Part shown: piece by piece, positions 1 through 9,356 of the stretch
How positions within the stretch are numbered: the stretch's first letter is position 1
Layout: each line of letters begins with the position of its first letter
NCBI GenBank assembly: GCA_963816745.1
Contig: CAWFLQ010000003.1
Span: 304,187-368,186, forward strand
DNA length: 64,000 nucleotides
Reading direction: 5' to 3'
From: an uncultured Alphaproteobacteria bacterium
GTDB lineage: Bacteria > Pseudomonadota > Alphaproteobacteria > Rhizobiales > Xanthobacteraceae
The notes under the pieces: model-generated
The model's database searches: none
What the model was told of the DNA's origin: nothing
The model's input: only the letters and a program-made list of their open reading frames with translations
Made by a program: the position numbers and the translations under genes

Positions 1-693
1 CATTTGCCGGCGGAATTCACTGTCGCACTGCGGCGAACGCACCGTTCTCGGCCCTCCTGGAAGGCACTTTGACGAACCCATCGGACCGCGAAGGCGCGAT
101 GCAAACAACGCGGCCGTGCGAATGCTCCGCGAGTCCTTTGAGACTCATCTCGCCGGACAGGGGGCTGCTCAGGTACGAAGCGTCCGCCGGCACCGTCATG
201 TTCTTCCGAAAAGATCTGCTTCCCGATGACCGGGTGACCTACACGAACGCGAAGGGACGCGAGACCTACAAGCAGGTCGTTGGTTTCAGCAAGGTGCTGA
301 ACGCCCACTGGCATCTCGGGATGCGTGCGACCGTCAGGCTCGGCGAAGACGCTCGTCGTCCGGCTGCGGCCCTACGTGGTGTTCACGCGGGACGGAAGGG
401 AGCCGCTGAAGGACGCTGAGGAGATGACCAAGATGCGCCGGCGGTTCTGCAAGAGCTGGTTCAACCACGTCTGGCGACCGCTCTTCCAGGCGTTCTACGA
501 ATTCTTCGGAAATGGGCTACCTAGCGTTCGCATAGATCTTGGCGAGCATCGGAGTTGGGCGGTTGCCGGCCAGGGACTAAAGGTGATGAGCCGTATGCGG
601 ATGCCCTTCGACCTGGACGCGATCGATACCGAGATCGAACCGGATGAGCCGGACGAGAGCGACATCGACGAGAGCGACGAGGAAGAGGAATGA
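1..693 (+). pseudogene. 3' portion of the gene directly upstream of the short pAgo. By position it is the expected effector-APAZ partner, with the effector domain outside the window. One apparent frame switch.
   Basis: Frame 3 is open from the window edge and looks coding to about 350 (..FFRKDLLPDDRVTYTNAKGRETYKQVVGFSKVLNAHWHLGMRATVRLGE). Coding signal then continues in the +1 frame (..LVVRLRPYVVFTRDGREPLKD..), which is closed upstream by TGA 298-300. That frame ends at TGA 691-693, overlapping the pAgo ATG (ATGA). The APAZ assignment is contextual only. Confidence 0.45.
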
Positions 694-2222
694 CCGCAGC
701 GTGGCACGCGATCCATCTCGACGAACCAAAGCTGATGTTCGGTCATGACCAGACCGCTGAGCATCCTAAGGACGGTCTCTTTCTCTTCGGTCCGGTCGAC
801 TCTAACCAGAACCCAGTCCGCATGGACGTCGGTGTCATCGGCACGCCGGTAGGTCTGCAGAAGTACTTGAAGTGGGTGTCGTCGATCGAGAGATTCATCG
901 ACGTGCCGCCGCCCAATCCGAAGCGCAAACGCAACGACGCCAATACGTTCGTGTGGCCCGGTTTCGAGGCCGTCTACGGGGCTTCGTGGCCTAGCAAGCC
1001 TTTCGCGACGTGTCTTATTGATGCGGCCGAGCTTAGCCGCCGGATCCTCGACGCCGACCGGCACCAGGCGATCTATTCGGCCGTCGCGCTATACGAGGAG
1101 GCGCTGCGGAAGTACCTGCGCGAGGAGGACGCGAGGCCAGCACTGTGGTTCGCGGTGGTTCCGGACGAAGTCTTCAAGTACGGGCGGCCGCAATCGACAG
1201 TGCCGCCGAAGCTGCGGACGCCGGGAACCAGACGGCTGGGCATGAAGGCGGCCCGCTCCATCCTGAACAAGGGATCATTGTTCGCGGAGGAGATGGAAGC
1301 TGCTGCTATGTACGAATACGAACTGAACTTCCACAACCAACTCAAGGCGAGGGTGATGGACACTAGCCAGGTAATCCAGGTGGTAAAGGAGATCACGCTG
1401 GAGCCGCCGCTCCCGGCCGAGAACGCGCGCTCGACCATGCAGGATCCGGCGACTATCGCCTGGAATCTCTCTACTACCAGCTTCTATAAGACCGGCGGAA
1501 AGCCATGGCGTCTGGCGCGATTGCGGGACGGGGTGTGCTACGTGGGGCTTGTCTTCAAACGCATCGAGCGGCCCAGTGGTGGCGACAACGCCTGCTGCGG
1601 GGCGCAAATGTTTCTCGGATCTGGCGACGGGCTTGTCTTCAGGGGCGCTGTCGGGCCCTGGTACTCGGAGACGAAGGACCAATTTCATCTCGACCAGGAT
1701 CAGGCGGCGAAGCTGATGGAGATGATCGTCCGCTCCTATAGGGATATCCACCGCGCTCCTCCCGCCGAACTCTTCATTCACGGCAAGACCAACTTCGATC
1801 AAAACGAATGGGCAGGGTTCGCGAGCGCAGTGCCGCAGACGACGAAGCTCGTCGGTGTGCAGATCCGGAATGGAGCGGATGTGAAGCTCTTCCGATACGG
1901 TGCAAATGCGGTGCTGCGCGGAACAGCTCTCGTTACCTCTCCGACGTCGGGATATTTGTGGAGCAGAGGCTACATTCCGCGTCTGCGCACGTACCCGGGG
2001 CGCGAGGTCCCCAATCCTCTGACAGTCGAGATCAGGCAGGGCACGGCCGACATCGAACGGGTAATCAATGATGTGATGTCGCTGACCAAGCTTAACTTCA
2101 ACGCCGCCGAATATTGCGACGGCTTACCGGTGACACTGAGGTTCGCGGATCTCGTTGGCGAAATACTGACCGCAGGCCCCATTACGCCTCATGCGCCGCT
2201 TCCGTTCAAGTTCTACATCTGA
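690..2222 (+). CDS. Short prokaryotic Argonaute (MID + PIWI only, catalytically inactive type)
   Basis: 510 aa with typical short-pAgo landmarks. N-terminus: HLDEPKLMFGHDQ..DGLFLFGP. MID-like motif: FHNQLK. PIWI strings: FYKTGGKPWRL, CYVGLVFKR, ACCGAQMFL, ELFIHGKTNF, PNPLTVEI, TKLNFNA. C-terminus: LPVTLRFADLVGEIL...FKFYI. The canonical catalytic positions appear replaced (GxDV becomes GLVF, RDG becomes HGK). Confidence 0.85.
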   Translation: MTAAWHAIHLDEPKLMFGHDQTAEHPKDGLFLFGPVDSNQNPVRMDVGVIGTPVGLQKYLKWVSSIERFIDVPPPNPKRKRNDANTFVWPGFEAVYGASWPSKPFATCLIDAAELSRRILDADRHQAIYSAVALYEEALRKYLREEDARPALWFAVVPDEVFKYGRPQSTVPPKLRTPGTRRLGMKAARSILNKGSLFAEEMEAAAMYEYELNFHNQLKARVMDTSQVIQVVKEITLEPPLPAENARSTMQDPATIAWNLSTTSFYKTGGKPWRLARLRDGVCYVGLVFKRIERPSGGDNACCGAQMFLGSGDGLVFRGAVGPWYSETKDQFHLDQDQAAKLMEMIVRSYRDIHRAPPAELFIHGKTNFDQNEWAGFASAVPQTTKLVGVQIRNGADVKLFRYGANAVLRGTALVTSPTSGYLWSRGYIPRLRTYPGREVPNPLTVEIRQGTADIERVINDVMSLTKLNFNAAEYCDGLPVTLRFADLVGEILTAGPITPHAPLPFKFYI

Positions 2223-2390
2223 GCCTGCGACTTGCTCCACGCGGTCAGCGTCCAAGCCCTGTTGCCGGATCGCGTGGCACCTTTCTATGTTAGCGCCGAT
2301 CCGTGTACAAACCAGTATCACTAAACAAACCAAAGCCCTTTTCTGTCCGAATCGGACTCTACAACCCTCCAGCGCCGAAAGGACGCGGCC

Positions 2391-3647
2391 ATGGGTCCAA
2401 TCACACTTTTCGATAAATCGTTTGTCGAGATGCTGAACCTCGACGAAGCCACAATGTTTGACGTTCTATACAAATCGGTGATCTGTCCGATATTCTACAC
2501 CGAAGTCCTCGCCGATCTTTCAAAGGTGCCACGTGATCAGCGCACTGTCGAACGCATCGTTGCTGACGTGGCCCGCAAAACGCCAATCATGCACGCAACA
2601 CCGAATGTGTCGCACTCCAAACTCTGTCTCGGCGAGTTGCTTGGTCACTCGATTGAGATGCGCGGCGTTCCAGCCGTTGCTGGCGGCAGGGCCGTCAGGC
2701 AGAGCGACGGAAAAGTTGGCATTGTCTTCGACGAGGCAAGCGAGGCCAAGGCATTTGACCGTTGGCAACGTGGAAAATTTTATGAACTTGAGCGAGAATT
2801 CGCTTCCCGCTGGCGTGAGCAGTTGAAGGCTGCAAACCATGCGGACATGGCGAAGCTTGCCAAAACGGCCCTCAAAATCAGCGCCTCCCCAAAGACCTTG
2901 GATGAAGCTCTAGCGATCGCCAAAGAGGTTGTGCAGGGGGCTGGGCAACGGTTCTGGATTCTCAAGACCGCGTACGCGCTGCTTGGACTCGAACCGAGGC
3001 AATGGAATGCTGTACTGACTCGCTGGAAGGAAATGGGAGGACCACCGCTGCCGCAATACGCCCCATACACGGCATACTGCTTGTTGGTGGACGTTTTCTT
3101 CTATGTTGCAGTGGACAAAAGGCTAATCTCGCCCGATCGTCCAAGTAACCGAACGGATATCGCGTATCTGTATTATTTGCCGTTCGCAATGATGTTCGTG
3201 TCGAACGACAAGCTGCACAAGAAAACAGTGCCGCTGTTTCTTACGGATAGGCAGCATTTCGTCTCGGGAGACGAGCTGAAGAAAGACCTACAGGCGCTTG
3301 ATGCGCACTATTCCGCATTGCCCGAAGCTGAGAGGGCGCAGGGCTTATTCCGGCTCGCGTCAACGCCTCCAAACGATGACGCATTTCTGACTACACGAAT
3401 CTGGAAACGGTTCGGACTGAACTTCGAGCGATCAAAGCCGTTTGACCACAATGAAAACAAGGAAACGAACGACAAAATCGTTGCTGAGATGAAAAAGTTG
3501 ATGGCCGCAGCGAAAACGCCCGAACCGGGAATGTTCACCCCAGGCGAGTTGAATGACCCCAACGCAATAACGATCCAGAGGCTTGTACCTCTACAGCGAG
3601 GCAAGTGGCGCCTGATGCCGCCGGGTGTTGAGGCGGACGCTTCATAA
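2391..3647 (+). CDS. Hypothetical protein, possibly a split PIN-like nuclease fold
   Basis: 418-aa ORF with an AAGGA-type RBS about 8 nt upstream, visibly less GC-rich than its neighbours. Acidic motifs are spaced as in PIN domains: ITLFDKSF (N-terminus), FYTEVLADL, then NRTDIAYLYYLPFAMMFVSNDKL after a long insert. The fold call is motif-level only. Confidence 0.5.
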   Translation: MGPITLFDKSFVEMLNLDEATMFDVLYKSVICPIFYTEVLADLSKVPRDQRTVERIVADVARKTPIMHATPNVSHSKLCLGELLGHSIEMRGVPAVAGGRAVRQSDGKVGIVFDEASEAKAFDRWQRGKFYELEREFASRWREQLKAANHADMAKLAKTALKISASPKTLDEALAIAKEVVQGAGQRFWILKTAYALLGLEPRQWNAVLTRWKEMGGPPLPQYAPYTAYCLLVDVFFYVAVDKRLISPDRPSNRTDIAYLYYLPFAMMFVSNDKLHKKTVPLFLTDRQHFVSGDELKKDLQALDAHYSALPEAERAQGLFRLASTPPNDDAFLTTRIWKRFGLNFERSKPFDHNENKETNDKIVAEMKKLMAAAKTPEPGMFTPGELNDPNAITIQRLVPLQRGKWRLMPPGVEADAS

Positions 3648-3819
3648 TGGGACGGGCCTGGACGGGCGGGCGAGCCGATTGGGGCTAAGTGGGTCAGCCT
3701 CTGCGAACGAACACAGACGGCAAGGCCTTGGCAAACCACCTCAAGCCTGACTGTGAATTGCCTTCGGTCGCGACCACGACGGCAAGGCGAGGCTAAAATC
3801 AGGGTTTGACAGGGCACCC

Positions 3820-4950
3820 ATGGCCGATCTCCAGAAAATAGTCGATGAGCTCTCGAAGCTCACACTTCGCGAGGCCACCGATCTCGCGAAGATGCTGAGA
3901 GAGAGATGGAGTGCAGGCGCGCTGCTTTTCGACGATCGCAAGAGGACGCGGACGGATCCTCTCGGTCTCGGCGAGAGCCTGTTCACGTTCTACGATGAGT
4001 GCGGCAGGCACGGCTACGACGAATTCAGATCGGTTGTGAACGGCTGGCTTGCAAAGATGCCAGCGGCCGATCGGGACGAGCTGATGACGCGTATGCGGGA
4101 TGGCGGCAACCGCGAGTTCGGAGCTTCGCTCACCGAGCTTGCCAGCCACGCGTTCATTCTCGGTTTGGGGTATCGTGCCAGCGCCCACCCGGAAATCTCT
4201 GGGACGAAGAAGCGGCCCGACTTCGCCGCAACGGACCAGCAAGGCACCGAGACGCTCGCGTACATCGAAGTGACTACCGTAAACCCGCCCTCCGCCGAAA
4301 AGGCTGACAGGAACCGCGAAAATTCCGTCTACAACGCCATCGACCGCGCCGAAATCCCAGCAGGCTCGGCCCTCGGCTACAGTCTCGTTCGCGCGGCGAA
4401 AAACAGCCCTCCCCTCAAACGTCTCGTCTCCGATGTCGAACGCTGGGCCGCGGACAATGCCGAAACGGCGAAGACCGAGGAGGTGAGCAAGACCTTCACC
4501 GTCGGCGATTGGACGATCGAGCTCGATCTCTACTCCGGCGGCACCAATCCCGATCCTGGAGTCCATGCGATCGGCGTAGTCGATATGGGCGGCGGGATCA
4601 TCTCACCGCATAAGGATCTACGTGCGGCTTTGGAGACCAAATCCAAGCGATATGGAGCGCTCGACAAGCCATATCTGATCATTGTCGCAGACGGAAAAGA
4701 GCAGCTCTTCAGCAAAGACTCGATCAAATCAGCGCTCATCGAAGCCGTGCTCGGAGATGAGATCGTCCAATTCAGGGGCGGAGTGCCTTACACCATCGCA
4801 TGGCTCGGAGACTTCGGAGACCACCTCGAACTGCTGACGCGAGATTGCGATTTTAATCCTCGCAAGCCTCGACCTGGGAAGCTGCCGTTCTACGATCGAA
4901 CTACATCTGCAAAAGCTAAGACCTTGTGCCGATTCTGTGCGGTCTTCTGA
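3820..4950 (+). CDS. Hypothetical protein with an N-terminal ribosomal L7/L12-NTD-like segment and a PD-(D/E)xK-like core
   Basis: 376-aa ORF. Residues 1-31 ([31 protein letters not shown]) closely resemble the Rhizobiales RplL N-terminus as I recall it ([31 protein letters not shown]). Further in, [32 protein letters not shown] fits an E..PD..(D/E)x(K/T) restriction-endonuclease-like pattern. Confidence 0.55.
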   Translation: [376 protein letters not shown]

Positions 4951-4961
4951 GTAATCCGTGC

Positions 4962-5090
4962 AACGTGCCCTACCTCACCGCGATGCTGGAAGGCGGCAAC
5001 CTGGACTCGTTCCTAGCGAGCACCGGCGCCGACGCGCCCAAGGTCGAGGCGCAGGGATATGCATCGCCGAGCAGCGTCGTGCAGTAGGGT
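4962..5090 (+). pseudogene. Internal fragment of a GH1 beta-glucosidase paralog
   Basis: The nucleotide stretch ..gccctacctcaccgcgatgctggaaggcgg..gactcgttcct.gcgagc.ccggcgccgacgcgcccaaggtcgaggcgcagg.. closely matches 14210-14310 of the full GH1 gene (APYLTAMLEG..DSFLAS.GADAPKVEAQ). No start codon or surrounding GH1 sequence is present. Confidence 0.6.
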
Positions 5091-5153
5091 CCCGAGAACA
5101 CCCTCGTAAGGTCGAGCGTACGAAGGCCATCGAGCGGTCGCATCGCTCGCCCC

Positions 5154-5861
5154 TCAAGCAAACGTCGCGGCCAGCTCGGCGAAATTGGCCACGATGAGGT
5201 CGGGCTGATGCGGCGTCTGGCCGAACGGCCGCTTGCGCCGGTCGATGAACGCCGTCCGCATGCCGTAGGATTTCGCGCCGATGCAGTCGAAGGCGTGATT
5301 GGCGACGAAGAGGATGCTCGAGCGATCGACGCCGATGATCTCGTCGGCCTTCGCGTAGGTCTTCCAGTGCGGCTTGAAATAGCCCGCCTCCTGCACCGAA
5401 ATGACGTGATCGAACGGAAAGCCGATGTGCGGCCCGGCGGCCTTCAGCATGTCGCGGTCACCGTTCGAGAGGATCGCGAGCTTGTATCCCTTGGACCGCA
5501 GCTTCTCGAGTGCCGCGACGACGTCGGGAAACGGCTTCAGCTTCTCGATCTCGGCTACGAGCCAGCGCACCTCGTCCTGCGTGTAAGCGATGCCGCAGCG
5601 GTCCATGACATAGGAGACCGCGCGATGCCCGATCTGCCGGTACGGCGTGTGCCCACGATCGCACAGCGCGTCGATCATGGAGTTCTCGAAGTGGGTGCGG
5701 CGCCACCATGTGACGAAGCTGTTCGGCTAGCCGTCCCAGCCTTTCCGTTTGAGGAAGGGCGTGACGGCCTCCGTCAGTCCCTTCTGCATATCGACGATGG
5801 TGCCGTACTGATCGAACGCAAGCGCCTTGATTTCGCGCTTGAGGACCTCAGGCTTTTCCAT
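5154..5861 (-). pseudogene. HAD-superfamily hydrolase (2-haloacid dehalogenase type II-like) interrupted by an in-frame TAG
   Basis: The N-terminal part is MEKPEVLKREIKALAFDQYGTIVDM..KGWDG. An in-frame TAG follows (complement of 5727-5729). The same frame then continues PNSFVTWWRRTHFENSMIDAL...LSNGDRDML...FVANHAFDCIGAKSYGMRTAFIDR. Confidence 0.75.
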
Positions 5862-6008
5862 GCGATTTCCACGGCTCGCGTGAGCCTCTCCTGATTCAGA
5901 AAATCGCGAACGCGACGGGGTGTTTGCGACCGACAATAGACCTGCAACCGCAATCTCGGCAACGCGAGCCGGGAATTTGTGGAATGACCGGTTGGGGTCT
6001 TATCGCAA

Positions 6009-9000
6009 TCAAGCATTTTTCAATCTCGACCTGGCTCCGATCAGATCGGCGGTGTCAAAACCCTCGCTGAAGCATCCGTAGACCTCGGCGAGCTGCGGGC
6101 GATATCTGTCGGCGCTTTGTCTCAGCTCGTACAGGTCATAAAGACTCACGCAAGCTCTAAGTTCGAGGGATTTCGCTTTCTGTTGGCGCGCGACGTCAAG
6201 GCCCTTGCAGAGATAATGCTCCGCCTGATCCAGATCGCGGCGTGATCGTAAATATGCTTCCCCGAGCAGCCGATATATTTCCGCTGCGTAGAAGCGCACG
6301 GAGTTCTCATCATCAAGCCCCGATTGCGCCTGGTTCAAAAAATCGAACGCCTGCGCGTAACGTGCATTCGTTATGCACGCATCCGCCAGCAATCCCAGCG
6401 CATACGATTCAAACAACAAGGCGCCGGTGGCCCGCTGTTTTTCCAAACCGCCCTGGATCTCGGCAATACCTTGCTCAAACTCGCCTTGCTGGGCGATGGC
6501 CCATCCCCGCAAAATCAAAGCCATGGCCAGATAGTGCACGAACTCATGCTCTTCGCAGAGTGCGATTGCCGCCTCAGCCTGGCTCGCGACAACAGCAGCC
6601 TCACCGCGAAACTGATGGACCCGGAGGCTTATCGTTCGTGCCATTGCCTCGCTGAACGGATGCCGGGATGCATCCGCATGACGGCGCGCCTCGGCGCAAA
6701 TCCGCAACGCCCGATCGGGATAGCCGAGCAACCACAGCGCGAGGCCGTCGTATAGTCTTACATGAACTCGCGGGTCTTGCGCCGACAGGTCAAGATACGC
6801 CGCGGCCTTGCCGTCTTCACACAAGCCGATGCTGCGTTCCAACGCGGCGTGGGCGGCGGCAAGTTTCCCGCGTGCAAACAAGGTAAAGCCCAGAGCCTCC
6901 TGGGCAAGAACCCCGGAAACCGAGTCATCTACATTCTCGGCTGCATTCACGAGATGCTCGGCAAGGATTTGCGCTTCACCAAGCGCCGCACGAAGGAAAT
7001 TCCAGGACCACAAGCCAAACACCGCAGGCAAGGTGTGTTCGTCGAACCCGCCCTCTTTGCACAGCTCAAGTGCCCGCGTGTACGCCCGCTTCACACTGTC
7101 AACGCTCCAGCCCTTGGTGGCCCGCAGTGAGTGCCCCAGCGACGTTTGAAGCAGCAGCTCCGACTTGTTGCGCAGCAGCGGGTCGTCGATATTGGGAAGG
7201 AGCTCCAAACCACGAGCAAGATGGTTTTGTGCCTCGGCATTGGCCGAGCGCCGGGCTGCCTGCTGTCCAGCCTTGAGCCAGTAGTCGATGGCGGGCTCGA
7301 CGAGGCCGGCTTCCGTGAAGTGATGTGCCACGATTTCCGGCTGGCTCGCCACGATGCCGGCAAACTTCTCCTCGAGCGCGCGCGCGATCCTGCCGTGCAA
7401 TTGCTGCCGACGGGTCTTGAGCAGGCTCTCATAGGCCGCGTCTCTCACCAGCGCATGCTTGAAGCTGTAGACGGCTTCCGGCGGTTCGCCGCGGCGGAAC
7501 ACGAGCTCCGCCTGCTCGAGCTGGGCGAGCGCATGCTTCAACGCGGCCTCGTCGCGACCGGCCAACGCGCGCACCAAGGCATAGGAGAACTCACGGCCGA
7601 TGGCGGCGCCGATCTGGCTGACCTCCTTCACCGGCGCCAAGCGGTCGAGCCGCGCCATCAAAGAGTCTTGCAGGGTGTCCGGAATGGCGAGGGGCGGCAG
7701 CGGGCCGTCGAGCCGGTAGCCCTCGCCGTCTGCGACCAGAATGCCCGCTTCCAGCACCGCTTTGGTGAGCTCCTCGACGAACAGGGGGTTCCCGTCGGTC
7801 TTGGCGACGATCTGTTGCATCACTTCGGCGGGCAGCGCACGGCCGCCGGTCACTCGCGTGGCCATGCTTTCAACGTCGTTGCGGTCGAGGCGACCGAGCC
7901 TCAACGTGCCGACGTTGGGGAGACCAATCCAGGGCGGCTCGAACTCCGGGCGAGCGGTGATGAGTGCAAGGACGGGCAGCTGGCGCACGCGCTCGACGGT
8001 CAGATCGATCAGCTCGAGCGAGGTCGCATCCGCCCATTGCGCGTCCTCGAACGAGAGCAGGATCGGTTGCCGGCGGGCGAGAGCCTCGAGCTGATCGAGC
8101 AGTGCCGCGAGCGTCCGGCGGCGTTGCTGCGTCGAGCTGAGCGCCAGCGGCGGATACCGCTCACCGGCCGGGATCGACAGCAGCGCGGCAAAAAGCGGCG
8201 CCACGGCCTGGACCGGCGCAGCGCCCGTGGCCAGGATCGCTTCGAGCTTGTCCAGCCGTTGCTCGGAAGTATCGTCCGCCTTGAACCCCGCCGCTCGCTC
8301 CAACTGGGCGATGACCGGACGAAGCGCGCTGCTGGCATGGTGGGGCGAGCATTGGTAACGCAAGCGCGCGTGCGGTTCGCCGGCGATACGCTCGGCGAGA
8401 GCCGCCGCAACGCGGGACTTGCCGATCCCCGGCTCGCCCGAGATCAACACGGTCTGCCCTTCGCCCTTCCAGGCGAGGCGTTGGCGTTCCAGCAGGAAAT
8501 CCAGCTCGGCCTCGCGGCCGATGAGATCGGTCAGCTCCGCCACACGGACAGCCTCGAAGCGGCTCTCGGAATCCGATACGCCCTCGACCGCCCACGCTGC
8601 GACCGGCCCGGCAATACCCCTGACCTCGTGCCGGCCAAGATCCCGCAGACGGAACCAGTCCCCGAGCAGGCGGCGCGTGGAGGCGGCGACGACGACCGTC
8701 CCAGGCTCGGCCAAGGACTGAAGGCGGGCTGCAACGTTCGGCGTGTCCCCGACCACGGCGTGCTCCCGCAACGCGCCCTCGCGGCTGAGGTCGCCGACCA
8801 TGACCAGACCGGTCGCGATGCCAATGCGGACCGCGAGCGGTTCCGCGGCGCGCGTCTCCAGCCGCGCAACGGCAGCAACGATATCGAGGGCCGCCCGCAC
8901 GGTTCGCTCGGCATCGTCTTCGTGCGCGCGCGGATAGCCGAAATAAGCCAATATCCCGTCGCCCCGAAACTCTCCGATGAAACCGTCGTAGTCCAGCATG

Positions 9001-9356
9001 ATCCGGGCGCAGGCGGCGTGATAGGCATCCATCACAGCGTTCATGTCCTCCGGATCAAGCCGGGCTGCGAGCGCCGTCGAGCCCACCAGATCGCAGATCA
9101 TCACGGTGAGGTGACGGCGCTCGGCCTCCTGACGCGACACGGATTCGGTCGTTGTTTCACTCAGCGCCGGCGCGGCCCCACCAAGCTCGGCGATCGCGCG
9201 CAAAAGCTTGCGGCGATGCCCCAGCAGAACGCCGAGATCTTTCAGGTCTTGCTCCGTCACGTCGCGGATCACGGAGAGGTCAATGGCGTTGTCGGCGAAG
9301 CGTTGCGCGTACTCGGAGAGGCCGAGCTTTTCGAGCCAGTCCGCGATCTGCTGCAT
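6009..9356 (-). CDS. Multidomain signalling protein: SAM domain, class III adenylate/guanylate cyclase, AAA/STAND-type ATPase and TPR repeats
   Basis: SAM-like N-terminus: MQQIADWLEKLGLSEYAQRFADNAIDLSVIRDVTEQDLKDLGV. Cyclase core: VMICDLVGSTALAARL..FRGDGILAYFGYP. Walker A: GEPGIGKSR. The C-terminal half is a long TPR-like region. Confidence 0.85.
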   Translation of the reverse strand: MQQIADWLEKLGLSEYAQRFADNAIDLSVIRDVTEQDLKDLGVLLGHRRKLLRAIAELGGAAPALSETTTESVSRQEAERRHLTVMICDLVGSTALAARLDPEDMNAVMDAYHAACARIMLDYDGFIGEFRGDGILAYFGYPRAHEDDAERTVRAALDIVAAVARLETRAAEPLAVRIGIATGLVMVGDLSREGALREHAVVGDTPNVAARLQSLAEPGTVVVAASTRRLLGDWFRLRDLGRHEVRGIAGPVAAWAVEGVSDSESRFEAVRVAELTDLIGREAELDFLLERQRLAWKGEGQTVLISGEPGIGKSRVAAALAERIAGEPHARLRYQCSPHHASSALRPVIAQLERAAGFKADDTSEQRLDKLEAILATGAAPVQAVAPLFAALLSIPAGERYPPLALSSTQQRRRTLAALLDQLEALARRQPILLSFEDAQWADATSLELIDLTVERVRQLPVLALITARPEFEPPWIGLPNVGTLRLGRLDRNDVESMATRVTGGRALPAEVMQQIVAKTDGNPLFVEELTKAVLEAGILVADGEGYRLDGPLPPLAIPDTLQDSLMARLDRLAPVKEVSQIGAAIGREFSYALVRALAGRDEAALKHALAQLEQAELVFRRGEPPEAVYSFKHALVRDAAYESLLKTRRQQLHGRIARALEEKFAGIVASQPEIVAHHFTEAGLVEPAIDYWLKAGQQAARRSANAEAQNHLARGLELLPNIDDPLLRNKSELLLQTSLGHSLRATKGWSVDSVKRAYTRALELCKEGGFDEHTLPAVFGLWSWNFLRAALGEAQILAEHLVNAAENVDDSVSGVLAQEALGFTLFARGKLAAAHAALERSIGLCEDGKAAAYLDLSAQDPRVHVRLYDGLALWLLGYPDRALRICAEARRHADASRHPFSEAMARTISLRVHQFRGEAAVVASQAEAAIALCEEHEFVHYLAMALILRGWAIAQQGEFEQGIAEIQGGLEKQRATGALLFESYALGLLADACITNARYAQAFDFLNQAQSGLDDENSVRFYAAEIYRLLGEAYLRSRRDLDQAEHYLCKGLDVARQQKAKSLELRACVSLYDLYELRQSADRYRPQLAEVYGCFSEGFDTADLIGARSRLKNA

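Noticed and set aside
3716-3792. 11-nt direct repeat GACGGCAAGGC (two copies about 61 nt apart) in the spacer before the L12-like ORF
   Set aside because: It is too short and isolated to separate from chance in GC-rich DNA. It is noted only as a possible regulatory element.
3799-4566. 255-aa ORF on the - strand
   Set aside because: It is antisense to the 3820..4950 ORF. The + strand ORF has the better start context and recognisable motifs.
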